Below are positions 15,606-23,506 of a DNA stretch of 25,445 bases, in pieces. The stretch lies in the IMG/VR virus record IMGVR_UViG_3300033487_000037, positions 1 to 25,445 of that record, one strand, 5' to 3'. Origin of the DNA: a virus. Its lineage: Duplodnaviria > Caudoviricetes. A program made the position numbers and the translations under genes. Each line of letters opens with the position of its first letter. Position 1 is the stretch's first letter. Under the pieces are notes generated by a model. That model searched no databases and was not told the origin of the DNA. It worked only from the letters and a program-made list of their open reading frames with translations.

Positions 15606-17123
15606 CTACTTCCGCTCTCGGTGGAGCGCCTGCGAGAAGATCCCTGCGAACGTTCCCTTGGGCCGCGCCTCCTTGGCGGGCTCATCCTCCTGGCCGTCCG
15701 CCCCCTGGCGAACGCCACCGATCTGCTCGACCTTCTCCAGCCTGGCACCGACCTCGGAGAGGGCCTTCGCGAAGTCCCCGGACAGCGACTTCACCTTGTC
15801 GTCCACGGACTTGGTGATGGCCTTCTCGACGGCCTGCGTCGACTTCTCGATGTCGGCCTTGGCTCCCTGCTGGAGCGTGCCGAGCGACTTCTCGACGGTG
15901 GCCTGCACCGCCTGGGTCAGGGACGGACCGATGCTGTCCATGCTCTTCGTGAGCATCCCGGCGAAGAAGTCCTTCGGGGAGATCCCCAGCCCTTCGAGGA
16001 GCTGGTGGAACGCCGAGAAGACGTCCTTCGCCGAGAGCACCGGCTTCTGCTCGGAGGGCTTGGCCTCCGGCTGCGGGTCGGCCGGCTTCTCAGCCGGCTT
16101 CTCCGTCTTGGCGACGACGGGGGCCGCCTCGGCCGGCTTCGCCGGCTCGGCGGGCTTGATCTCCTTCTGGGGCTCCGGCTTCGGCTCCTCGGCCTTGGCC
16201 GGGGCGGGCGCGACCTGCTTGGCCTCGACCGCGTCCAATCGCTTGGACAGGCCCTGCACCAGGGCGACCAGCTCGCCCAGGGTCTTCTGGGTCGTCGCCG
16301 ACATCTCGGCGAGGACCTTGGCCGTCTCGGACTGGACGGGGGCGGCCGGAGCGGGCTCGCTCTTGGCCACCGGGGCCGGCGTCGCCGGGGCGGGGGCCGG
16401 GGCTGCCGGAGCCTGGGCGGCGGGCTTCGGCTCGTCCTTCTTGACCTCGGCGGCCGGGGCGGGGGCGGCCGGTGCCGGCGCGGCCGCCGGCTTCGGGGCG
16501 TCCTTGGCGACCTCGGTCACCCAGATGGCCTTCTCGGTCTCGGGCACCTTCTCATCGCCCGTGACCTCGGGGTCCCAGGTCATCCACCACTCCTTGGTCA
16601 TCCACTCCGGGGCCTTCTGGCCGGCCGTCTCCAGGGCGAAGGTGAACTCCTCGAAGTCCTTCTCGGCGAGCGACCTCGGGTTCGGGTGCACGATCTCCTT
16701 CTGCTCGGACCTGGAGAGCCAGACGCTCTTGAGCGGCGGGGCCTGGCGGCCGGCCGCCTCGTAGTGCTGGCGGAGATGGCTGTAGATCGCGTTCCGGCCG
16801 GCCTCGGACTTCTCGCGGCGGAAGCCACCGCGCGCGCCGTTCAGGGCGGCGGTCGCCGCGATGACGCCGCCCGTGAAGGTCTGCAGGCCGTCGCCGGCCA
16901 GCTTGTGATGGGGCAGGCCGTAGGCACCCTTGGTCTCGGGGGTCTGGCCCTTGGTCTGGTCGAAGTAGGTGTTGGCCTGCTTGAAGCGGCCCCAGTCGTC
17001 GCCCTTCGGGCCGAGAAGGGCAGAGCCGTCGGCAGCGGAGAAGGACCAGCCGGACTCGTTGGAGATGGGCCAGCTCTTGTACGGGACCGCCGACTTCTCG
17101 ATCTCCCCCGCCTGACCGGGCAT
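15606..17123 (-). CDS. Putative nested in-frame scaffolding protein, 505 aa
   Basis: AAGGAGG (17129-17135) 5 nt before in-frame ATG 17123 (MPGQAGEIEKS), downstream of an internal promoter. Confidence 0.65.
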   Translation of the reverse strand: MPGQAGEIEKSAVPYKSWPISNESGWSFSAADGSALLGPKGDDWGRFKQANTYFDQTKGQTPETKGAYGLPHHKLAGDGLQTFTGGVIAATAALNGARGGFRREKSEAGRNAIYSHLRQHYEAAGRQAPPLKSVWLSRSEQKEIVHPNPRSLAEKDFEEFTFALETAGQKAPEWMTKEWWMTWDPEVTGDEKVPETEKAIWVTEVAKDAPKPAAAPAPAAPAPAAEVKKDEPKPAAQAPAAPAPAPATPAPVAKSEPAPAAPVQSETAKVLAEMSATTQKTLGELVALVQGLSKRLDAVEAKQVAPAPAKAEEPKPEPQKEIKPAEPAKPAEAAPVVAKTEKPAEKPADPQPEAKPSEQKPVLSAKDVFSAFHQLLEGLGISPKDFFAGMLTKSMDSIGPSLTQAVQATVEKSLGTLQQGAKADIEKSTQAVEKAITKSVDDKVKSLSGDFAKALSEVGARLEKVEQIGGVRQGADGQEDEPAKEARPKGTFAGIFSQALHRERK

Positions 17124-18314
17124 CGCAGCCTCCTTCTTGGCCTCGATCGCGAGTTCGGCGACGAACACGGTGCCGGACTTCACGATGCCGGCGGGCTTCA
17201 CCCCGTTGGCCTCCAGCCACTGCTGGAAGTCCTTCTCGGGGAGGCCCGCGTCGAAGTAGAGCTGCCCCACGGGGGCGAAGATCGCGCCAGGCTCTGCTGT
17301 CTTGCGGTCCTTGCGGACGAGGGTGTGCTCGTGATCACCGTCACGCGCACACACGGCGTTCTCCAGGATCGTATGCTCCTGTCCCTTGACTGTCAACATC
17401 AACCCCTCAAGAATTTTTTCTCCCAACTCCTTCGCGGCCCACGCGTGGGTGTGTCCGTCGGGACCGGGGCTCGTGATCCCGAAGGAGTAAGTCTCCTTCT
17501 CGGCCCGCTTCCCCAGCCAGGAGTCGATCTTCGGGGAGAACTCGGCCTTCAGCTCCTTGGCCACCGATAGGCCGGCCACCACCGTCGCGGCCGACTCGGC
17601 CTTGGCCACCGTCACGTCGGCGAAGGCGATCTGGCGGACGAACGTATCCTTCCAGACCCTCGACCAGAGCGACTGGAGCTTCGGGTCCAGCTTCTTGACC
17701 TCGTCCGGCAGCTCGCGGCCGAGGATCCGCTCGGAGAACTTCAGGCCCTCCTTGGTGACCTCGACCCCGGCGTCGTCCATGGCCTTGTGGACCGCGTCCA
17801 GGAAGGCCGTCCTGGGGTTGGCCGCCCGGTCCTTCCGGGTGACGGCCACGTGGTCGAGGATGATGTCGTCGAGGACCCGGATGAGCTTCCCGTTCCGCTC
17901 CTCCAGGAATGCCGCACGCGGGTTCGTCTTGCTGAGCATGCCGCCGATCGAGAGCTGCCGATCGCAGTTCCCGTTGAGCACCTCGTCGAAGAGGACCTGC
18001 GACTCGGTGTAGCGGGGATCCAGCTCGAAGTCGACCACCAGCTCCAGGCCGTTGGTCTCGCCGTTCCGGCGGGTGTCCCCGTTCGCCGACTTCCCCATCT
18101 CGAAGCTCGACCGGTGGTCCGGGAGCAGCGGGATGGACCTGGAGACCTGCTTCGCCATCTCGTTGATGCACCGCTCCGAGATGACGTCGCCCTGGCGATC
18201 TTCGAGGCTGTCGGAGACCACCGCGCGAACGTGTGGCTTCCCGGCCGCGTCCTTGTAGACCTCCAGCTTGGTCGTCTCGAACCAGAAGCGAACTTCTCGG
18301 CTATTGACCGGCAT
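15606..18314 (-). CDS. Prohead protease-scaffold polyprotein, 902 aa
   Basis: EDRQGDVI, LLPDH (His), QLSIGG (Ser), DHVAVT..AANPRT protease motifs; later a Pro/Ala linker and a coiled-coil C-terminus ending TFAGIF; lies between portal and MCP. Confidence 0.88.
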   Translation of the reverse strand: MPVNSREVRFWFETTKLEVYKDAAGKPHVRAVVSDSLEDRQGDVISERCINEMAKQVSRSIPLLPDHRSSFEMGKSANGDTRRNGETNGLELVVDFELDPRYTESQVLFDEVLNGNCDRQLSIGGMLSKTNPRAAFLEERNGKLIRVLDDIILDHVAVTRKDRAANPRTAFLDAVHKAMDDAGVEVTKEGLKFSERILGRELPDEVKKLDPKLQSLWSRVWKDTFVRQIAFADVTVAKAESAATVVAGLSVAKELKAEFSPKIDSWLGKRAEKETYSFGITSPGPDGHTHAWAAKELGEKILEGLMLTVKGQEHTILENAVCARDGDHEHTLVRKDRKTAEPGAIFAPVGQLYFDAGLPEKDFQQWLEANGVKPAGIVKSGTVFVAELAIEAKKEAAMPGQAGEIEKSAVPYKSWPISNESGWSFSAADGSALLGPKGDDWGRFKQANTYFDQTKGQTPETKGAYGLPHHKLAGDGLQTFTGGVIAATAALNGARGGFRREKSEAGRNAIYSHLRQHYEAAGRQAPPLKSVWLSRSEQKEIVHPNPRSLAEKDFEEFTFALETAGQKAPEWMTKEWWMTWDPEVTGDEKVPETEKAIWVTEVAKDAPKPAAAPAPAAPAPAAEVKKDEPKPAAQAPAAPAPAPATPAPVAKSEPAPAAPVQSETAKVLAEMSATTQKTLGELVALVQGLSKRLDAVEAKQVAPAPAKAEEPKPEPQKEIKPAEPAKPAEAAPVVAKTEKPAEKPADPQPEAKPSEQKPVLSAKDVFSAFHQLLEGLGISPKDFFAGMLTKSMDSIGPSLTQAVQATVEKSLGTLQQGAKADIEKSTQAVEKAITKSVDDKVKSLSGDFAKALSEVGARLEKVEQIGGVRQGADGQEDEPAKEARPKGTFAGIFSQALHRERK
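17368..17396 (-). promoter_or_regulatory. Internal sigma70 promoter within the protease gene
   Basis: TTGACA-N17-TACGAT with an upstream AAAAAATT tract; local AT-rich codons in an otherwise GC3-rich gene. Confidence 0.75.
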
Positions 18315-20187
18315 TGGTTCCCTCCCCCTCCAGCGCCTGCAGTTCCATTCGGTCGAGGACCTCCCCGTCGGGCTTCTGGAGGATCAGCTCTGCCGACAGG
18401 ATGTCTCGGCCGTACTTCTCCTTGAGATAGTCCCGGAGACCGACAGCCATCGCCAAAAGCTGGTTGATGTGGCCGTTCTTCTGGATTCTCAGAGGATCGA
18501 TCAGAGGGTTCATCGACTTCCTGGCCGTCGATGATCCCTTCTTGGCGGGAGGAGGGGCGAACTCGGCCTTTGCCGAAGCCTTGGCCTGCTCGACCTTCTT
18601 CGTCTGTTCGAGCATGTTGGCCTGGGTATCGTCCCACGAGACCGGCCCATCGGGGGCGATGGCCCCCTGGTACAGGTAGCCCAGCTCCAGCATCGAGATC
18701 GCCAACGGTAGCGGGAGCTGCCCGTAGACGTACTTCGGCGGGAGCTTGGGGAGCCCCAGCGCCTGGCGGCCCTCGTTGATCGTCGCGAGCCCGGCGCGCG
18801 AGTACATGCCCTGGATCGTCGCCTCCTCCAGCTCGTCGATGCTGTCGGGAGGGATGTAGCGCAGCTCGGCGGCGACGTGGAAGTTCGCCTTCGCCTTGTC
18901 GGAGAGATCCTGGGTCAGGATGTCTCGCGTGATGGTCCGGTTGATCGTGTTCTGGTGGGAGTTCAGGTCCGGGATCAGGTCCTGCTCGATGGTGATCTTC
19001 CGGAGGACGTTGGCCGACGCCCGGTTGACGCCTTCGCTCGTGAAGAAGGGAGAGCTGAGCCCCGACGCCTCCCGGACCTCCTCGTCGTTGGACTTTCGGT
19101 AGCCCAGGAACGAGGCGTCCTCGTTGATGCCGACCGTCAGCGGGACGATGTCGATCTTGGTGCCGACGCCCTTGGCCGAGATGACCCTGCGAGGCTCGGC
19201 CTGGAGCACCATCACCCGGTGAGCCTTCTCGACGCCCTTTCCCTCCCGGTTCACGAAGTTCCTGATGTCCTGGGCTGACTGCTGGGTCAGCGCGCCCCCC
19301 GACACCACGATCGCCAGGCGGCCAACAGCATCATTCTCGAAGAAGGAGATGTTCCTGATGGCGGAGAGCCGAGAGCCCTGGATGGCCGCCACGGCCGAGA
19401 TCCACCGGGGGATTCCGTAGTAGCTCGACCTCGACGAGTAGACGAAGTTGGGCAGCAGCTCGGTCGCCCGCTTGGCAGGACCGAGGTTCTTCGCGATCTC
19501 CCCGGTCTCCGAGTCGATCACGCGAGGATCGCCGAAGTGCTTGAAGAACCGCTTCTTCCCGCCCCGGATCTGCACGTAGCCGCCGGCCTTGAGAGCCCGG
19601 ACCGTGTGGTCGGCGATGTTGTAGATGCCGTCGATCCGCCCGGCGTTGTCGCGGGTGACCTCGTAGTAGGCCGTCCCCATGGCCTCCTCATCGAACTTCA
19701 TCCGGAAAGAGACCTCGGTGAAGTCGAGAGGAGTGGCCATGGCCGGCGGCATCCCGGCCACCCGCTTGTTGGGGTTCTCGAAGAGAGGCTTGAGCTGGGC
19801 CTTCTGGGCCTTGAACTCCTTGTCGGTGACGGGCTGCTCATCCTCCTCGACGGCGGGCTTCACGATCTTCCAGCCAAGCCCGACCGTGTTCCGAGCACGG
19901 ATGTGGCAGGCCCGCATGAGCCTGGTGTTCAGCTCCAGCATCATCGCGAGCTTCAGGGGATCGTAGGGCGGCTCGACGATCTTCTTGTTCAGGCTCTGGA
20001 AGAGCTGACCGTTGGAGGTGATCTCTTCCTGGATCTGCTGGCTGACGCCCTTGGAGATCAGATCGTCTACCGTCTTGATGACGGCCTGAGTCTCGTCACC
20101 GAACAACTGGGCGATGACCGGAAGCTCTTCGGTCACCACCTTCTCGATCTTCTCGGGCGTCAGGACCCCAGGCTCACCCATTGTCAT
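18301..20187 (-). CDS. Portal protein (PBSX XkdE-like), 628 aa
   Basis: IVEPPYDPLKL, NTVGLGW, AYYEVTRD..G, YVQIRGGKKRFFKHFGD, YYGIPRW, NISFFEN, DASFLGYR, TINEGRQALGL. Confidence 0.93.
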   Translation of the reverse strand: MTMGEPGVLTPEKIEKVVTEELPVIAQLFGDETQAVIKTVDDLISKGVSQQIQEEITSNGQLFQSLNKKIVEPPYDPLKLAMMLELNTRLMRACHIRARNTVGLGWKIVKPAVEEDEQPVTDKEFKAQKAQLKPLFENPNKRVAGMPPAMATPLDFTEVSFRMKFDEEAMGTAYYEVTRDNAGRIDGIYNIADHTVRALKAGGYVQIRGGKKRFFKHFGDPRVIDSETGEIAKNLGPAKRATELLPNFVYSSRSSYYGIPRWISAVAAIQGSRLSAIRNISFFENDAVGRLAIVVSGGALTQQSAQDIRNFVNREGKGVEKAHRVMVLQAEPRRVISAKGVGTKIDIVPLTVGINEDASFLGYRKSNDEEVREASGLSSPFFTSEGVNRASANVLRKITIEQDLIPDLNSHQNTINRTITRDILTQDLSDKAKANFHVAAELRYIPPDSIDELEEATIQGMYSRAGLATINEGRQALGLPKLPPKYVYGQLPLPLAISMLELGYLYQGAIAPDGPVSWDDTQANMLEQTKKVEQAKASAKAEFAPPPAKKGSSTARKSMNPLIDPLRIQKNGHINQLLAMAVGLRDYLKEKYGRDILSAELILQKPDGEVLDRMELQALEGEGTNAGQ

Positions 20188-20225
20188 CCCGCCCCGGCCG
20201 GTCCGGCCTCCTGCGTCGCGCCCTC

Positions 20226-20267
20226 AAGAAATGCACACGCGGAGCCCCATTCGGACTCCGCACATGC
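20226..20267 (-). terminator. Candidate intrinsic terminator/attenuator before the portal
   Basis: Minus-strand stem GCATGTGCGGAGTCC-GAATG-GGGCTCCGCGTGTGC (with G-U pairs) followed by ATTTCTT. Confidence 0.5.
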
Positions 20268-20295
20268 CTCGAACCGGCCAGCGCGCGCAGGCGCG

Positions 20296-20610
20296 CTACA
20301 GCTTCTGCCGGCCGATCGGGAGCGACGTGCCGCTGACGCCCGTGCCCGCGTTCTTCAGGCTGGGCGTGACCGCCTGCGTCGCCCCGCTCTGCTTGCCCAC
20401 CGGCAGGCTGGTGCCGCTGACGCCGCGCGCGCCGCCCTGGGGGGCGTCGTTCATCACCGGCCCGCCCCGGGAGATCGACGCACCCTTCCCCGAGGTGAAC
20501 CCCGTGGACAGCGCCTTGTCGGAGGCCGTCGCCGGCCCGCCGGCCGCGACCGACGCCTTCTTCGACCCGGCCATCCCCTGCCCGTTCATCGCGAATCCGC
20601 CGAGAGCCAT
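20296..20610 (-). CDS. Gly/Ser/Ala-rich basic small protein with a duplicated 12-aa motif, 104 aa
   Basis: AAGGA RBS; starts 1 nt after the upstream stop; GVSGTSLP(V/I)G(K/R)Q occurs twice. Confidence 0.7.
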   Translation of the reverse strand: MALGGFAMNGQGMAGSKKASVAAGGPATASDKALSTGFTSGKGASISRGGPVMNDAPQGGARGVSGTSLPVGKQSGATQAVTPSLKNAGTGVSGTSLPIGRQKL

Positions 20611-20611
20611 G

Positions 20612-21289
20612 TCAGATCCTTTCCACGAACGCTGCGGTCGAACGCAGCTCCGCTTCTGTCGGGAGGCGATTGTCCACGTCGTCCCGCAGGTTCCCCGTCA
20701 CGACGATGATCCCTATGGAGGTCCACTGACCCTTCAGCGTCCCCCGCAGGAACCACTCGTAGGGCCGGACCACGACGACGAAGGCCGTCTCGGTCTCGAC
20801 CACCACGTCCGTCTCGACGGACTTGCCGCTCTTGAAGTCGTACCGACGTCCGAAGGGGTTGTTCGAGAGCCAGCGGTTGACGTCTTCCCTGGTCGGGAAG
20901 ACCACCTTGCGGAGCAGGAGGGCGCACTGCATCCGCCACTCGTCGCCCAGGAACGAGTCCTTCTCGATCCGTTCCGTGCCGAGCATGTTGCCGCAGTTGA
21001 CGCACTTCAGCTTCTGTCCCTCGCCGAGGAGCTGCCAGGGGACGAAGGTGTCGACGCAGCACTTCTTCGGGTCCTGGAAGAAGGTTCCGACGAGAACGGT
21101 TCCGCCGCACTCCATGCACGACTCCTTCCCCCGGTACCCGTTCGCTCGTGCAGCGCGCTCCTGGCGCTTCGCCTGCGCGAACGCTCGATCTCGGGAGGCC
21201 GTATCTCCAGCGGCATAGGGATAGCAGTGGCCGGATGGCCCCCACTTATACCCCGGGCTTCCACCACTCTGGCAAGGCTGTACGGGCAC
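20612..21289 (-). CDS. Hypothetical composite protein (GYKWG N-terminal module, Cys-rich middle), 225 aa
   Basis: MPVQPCQSGGSPGYKWGPSGHCYPY; CMEC, CC, CVNC; in-frame internal AAGGAG-N6-ATG at 21115. Confidence 0.75.
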   Translation of the reverse strand: MPVQPCQSGGSPGYKWGPSGHCYPYAAGDTASRDRAFAQAKRQERAARANGYRGKESCMECGGTVLVGTFFQDPKKCCVDTFVPWQLLGEGQKLKCVNCGNMLGTERIEKDSFLGDEWRMQCALLLRKVVFPTREDVNRWLSNNPFGRRYDFKSGKSVETDVVVETETAFVVVVRPYEWFLRGTLKGQWTSIGIIVVTGNLRDDVDNRLPTEAELRSTAAFVERI

Positions 21290-21316
21290 GAACCACCGTC
21301 CAATCGAGTGGACGGA

Positions 21317-21604
21317 CTACTTCACAGCGGGCGGCGTCGGCGGGGCCGGAGGAGCGTCCGGCTTCGGCGGCTCGGCCGGCTTCGCGGCGGCCTCGGGAGG
21401 CTTCGCGGCCGCCTCGGGTTGCTTCGGAGGATCGGCCGGTTTCGGAGGATCGGCCGGCTTCGGCGCGGCGACCGCTACCGGAGCGGCGGGAGCCGGGGGA
21501 GCCTTCTCCACATCGGAGGAGGTCTTCTTCTCGACGAGTCCGAGCTTTCCTCGAACGGCGTTGCTCGCGAAGATGTTCTTGAACACCGTGGGCTTCTCGG
21601 CCAT
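21317..21604 (-). CDS. Pro/Ala/Lys-rich small protein, 95 aa
   Basis: GGGGAGG RBS; first gene after the terL-internal promoter; PKPADP repeats (18-bp tandem near 21423-21463). Confidence 0.75.
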   Translation of the reverse strand: MAEKPTVFKNIFASNAVRGKLGLVEKKTSSDVEKAPPAPAAPVAVAAPKPADPPKPADPPKQPEAAAKPPEAAAKPAEPPKPDAPPAPPTPPAVK

Positions 21605-21646
21605 TTCCTCCCCCTTCGAGTGGGTCCGTCGAAGAACATCTCCAGG

Positions 21647-23506
21647 TCAAAATAGCATTACATCGTTGTCTCTGTCAACGGGATTTTGTTCAACTGCCCC
21701 ATCCTGTTGTGGTTGTGCAGTGACCCTCGGCGATGGCTGGGGTAGCTGCTTTCTGATCTCGGACAGCCGATCGACTCCTCCGGCCTGGGCTGCCTGGTGG
21801 ATCAGATGTCCCCATCGCTCGACGAAGTCGATGGAAACGGTTGCGCAGAGGAGTGCGTCGGGTCCGTGGTCGTCGATCTTCACGGGCTTGCCGGTCTTGG
21901 GGTCACGCCGGTAGCTCTTGAGCTGGCCGATGAGCTTCTCGTTCTCGTCCAGGATCTCGATCTTCCCGTACACGAACATCTTGGTGAGGTTGAGGATACC
22001 GTAGTCCTTCATGGTGGAGAAATCGACCGGGGTGACGTCGAATCCAGCCTCTTCGAGATCGCTGATCTCGAAGGGATGCGATGAGTCGGCGAAGACTTCC
22101 AGATGCCCATACTCATCCTGCCACTCGTTGAGCTTCCTGATGTACTCCGAGACCACCTTCACCGAGAGGTAGTAGCTCTCGACGACCTGCGGACCCTTCA
22201 GCTTCGAGTCCTTGGCCAGGACGAGAACTCCCTCGTTGATGCCCCAGTCGATCCCGACGTAGGTGGGCTCGTTGTCGTCGATCTCCAGGTCGTTGTGGAC
22301 TGCAGACTCGATCGACTGGAGACCGTAGATGGGGCCGCTGAACTGCGGCCGCTCGCAGACGAACTCGATCTCGAAGATTTCGGTGCCCTCGTTGAGCACC
22401 ATGGCATCGATGATGTTCGCGCGCGGAAGGAACCCCTCGGCGTGGCGACCCTTGCCGTTGCACCAGCAATACTCGGTGCCGACCTGCGTGCCGCTGTCAT
22501 CATAGACCGGCCGCTTCTTGGTCAGCGGGCAGCTATCCCGGCAGAATCGAAGAGCCTCGGGATCGTCGGCGGTGGCGAACTCCATTCCGTCGTCGCACTT
22601 CTCCATCACATCGAAGACGTTCCACTTGTACCTCGTGAATCCACGCTGCGGGGCGCTGTCCCAGGTCTGCTGGAACAGCCCGACCGGGATGTGGAAGGTC
22701 GAGAGCAGCACGATCACGTGCTCGGGTTCCGACATCGACATCTGCATGGCGGCGTAGAACGTGGTGTCGGTGTTCGCATCTCCCTGGCACGACTCGTCGA
22801 CGATCAGCCCGGGCAAGTGCTTTCCTCGCGCCATCTTCTCGCTGGCCGCGATGCACTTGAGCTGAACTCCCGTGACCAGCTTGGTCATCGAGATCAGCGG
22901 GTCCTTCTCCAGGAGGTTCACCTTCATCTGGGGAACGCATTCCCAGAACGCGGAGACGTACTCGTAGACGACCTTCGACTGCTCCATCGAGCCGCCGAGA
23001 TCGATGAAAGACATCCTCCGGTAGACCAGGCAGAGCCAGATCAGGATGGCCGCGCAGAGCGATCCTCCGCAGCCTCGGCCCTTCCACAGGATGGCCTGGT
23101 TCACCCGGCCGTAGAACATGTCGGCGATGAATTCGATCTGGGGAGCGACCAGCCTGATGTCGATCTTCCGGCCGTCCTTGGCGAAGAAGAGCTTCCGGTC
23201 CTTGATCATCTGCCAGAGCGAGTCGTTCTGACGCTTGGTGTAGTCCTCGTCGGTCTCCGACGAGAGAAGAGCCTGGCGGATGACGTTGTTCGTGTTGGCG
23301 TCGTAGACGCCGGGCAGCTCATCCTTCCCGAACATCAGGTCGGGAAGCCCGTAGATCATCGGGTTGGCCACCGCCTCGCGGCGGTGCAGCTCGCGCTCGA
23401 TCTCCTCCAGCTCCGAGAGCATGTCCCTCTTGTCGCGAGTCGATATCTTCGACTTCGTACACGCGGAGGTAGGCTGCACCGGAACTGGGGCGGGCGTCGG
23501 GTCCAT
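21647..23506 (-). CDS. terL: Terminase large subunit, 619 aa
   Basis: Deviant Walker A KGRGCGGS, Walker B LIVDE, coupling motif LLST, RNase H-like YVGIDWG, FADSSHP, DDHGPDAL. Confidence 0.93.
   Translation of the reverse strand: MDPTPAPVPVQPTSACTKSKISTRDKRDMLSELEEIERELHRREAVANPMIYGLPDLMFGKDELPGVYDANTNNVIRQALLSSETDEDYTKRQNDSLWQMIKDRKLFFAKDGRKIDIRLVAPQIEFIADMFYGRVNQAILWKGRGCGGSLCAAILIWLCLVYRRMSFIDLGGSMEQSKVVYEYVSAFWECVPQMKVNLLEKDPLISMTKLVTGVQLKCIAASEKMARGKHLPGLIVDESCQGDANTDTTFYAAMQMSMSEPEHVIVLLSTFHIPVGLFQQTWDSAPQRGFTRYKWNVFDVMEKCDDGMEFATADDPEALRFCRDSCPLTKKRPVYDDSGTQVGTEYCWCNGKGRHAEGFLPRANIIDAMVLNEGTEIFEIEFVCERPQFSGPIYGLQSIESAVHNDLEIDDNEPTYVGIDWGINEGVLVLAKDSKLKGPQVVESYYLSVKVVSEYIRKLNEWQDEYGHLEVFADSSHPFEISDLEEAGFDVTPVDFSTMKDYGILNLTKMFVYGKIEILDENEKLIGQLKSYRRDPKTGKPVKIDDHGPDALLCATVSIDFVERWGHLIHQAAQAGGVDRLSEIRKQLPQPSPRVTAQPQQDGAVEQNPVDRDNDVMLF
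21649..21678 (-). promoter_or_regulatory. Sigma70 promoter embedded in the terL 3' end
   Basis: TTGACA-N18-TATTTT with an extended -10 TG, in an abruptly AT-rich patch. Confidence 0.65.

Noticed and set aside
21340-21500. Short tandem repeats here and at 16060-16500 and 25040-25190 as CRISPR or iterons
   Set aside because: In-frame, degenerate coding repeats without a repeat-spacer structure.
22420-22610. Intein in terL
   Set aside because: The insert is short and lacks the C-terminal His-Asn splice motif and any endonuclease motif.
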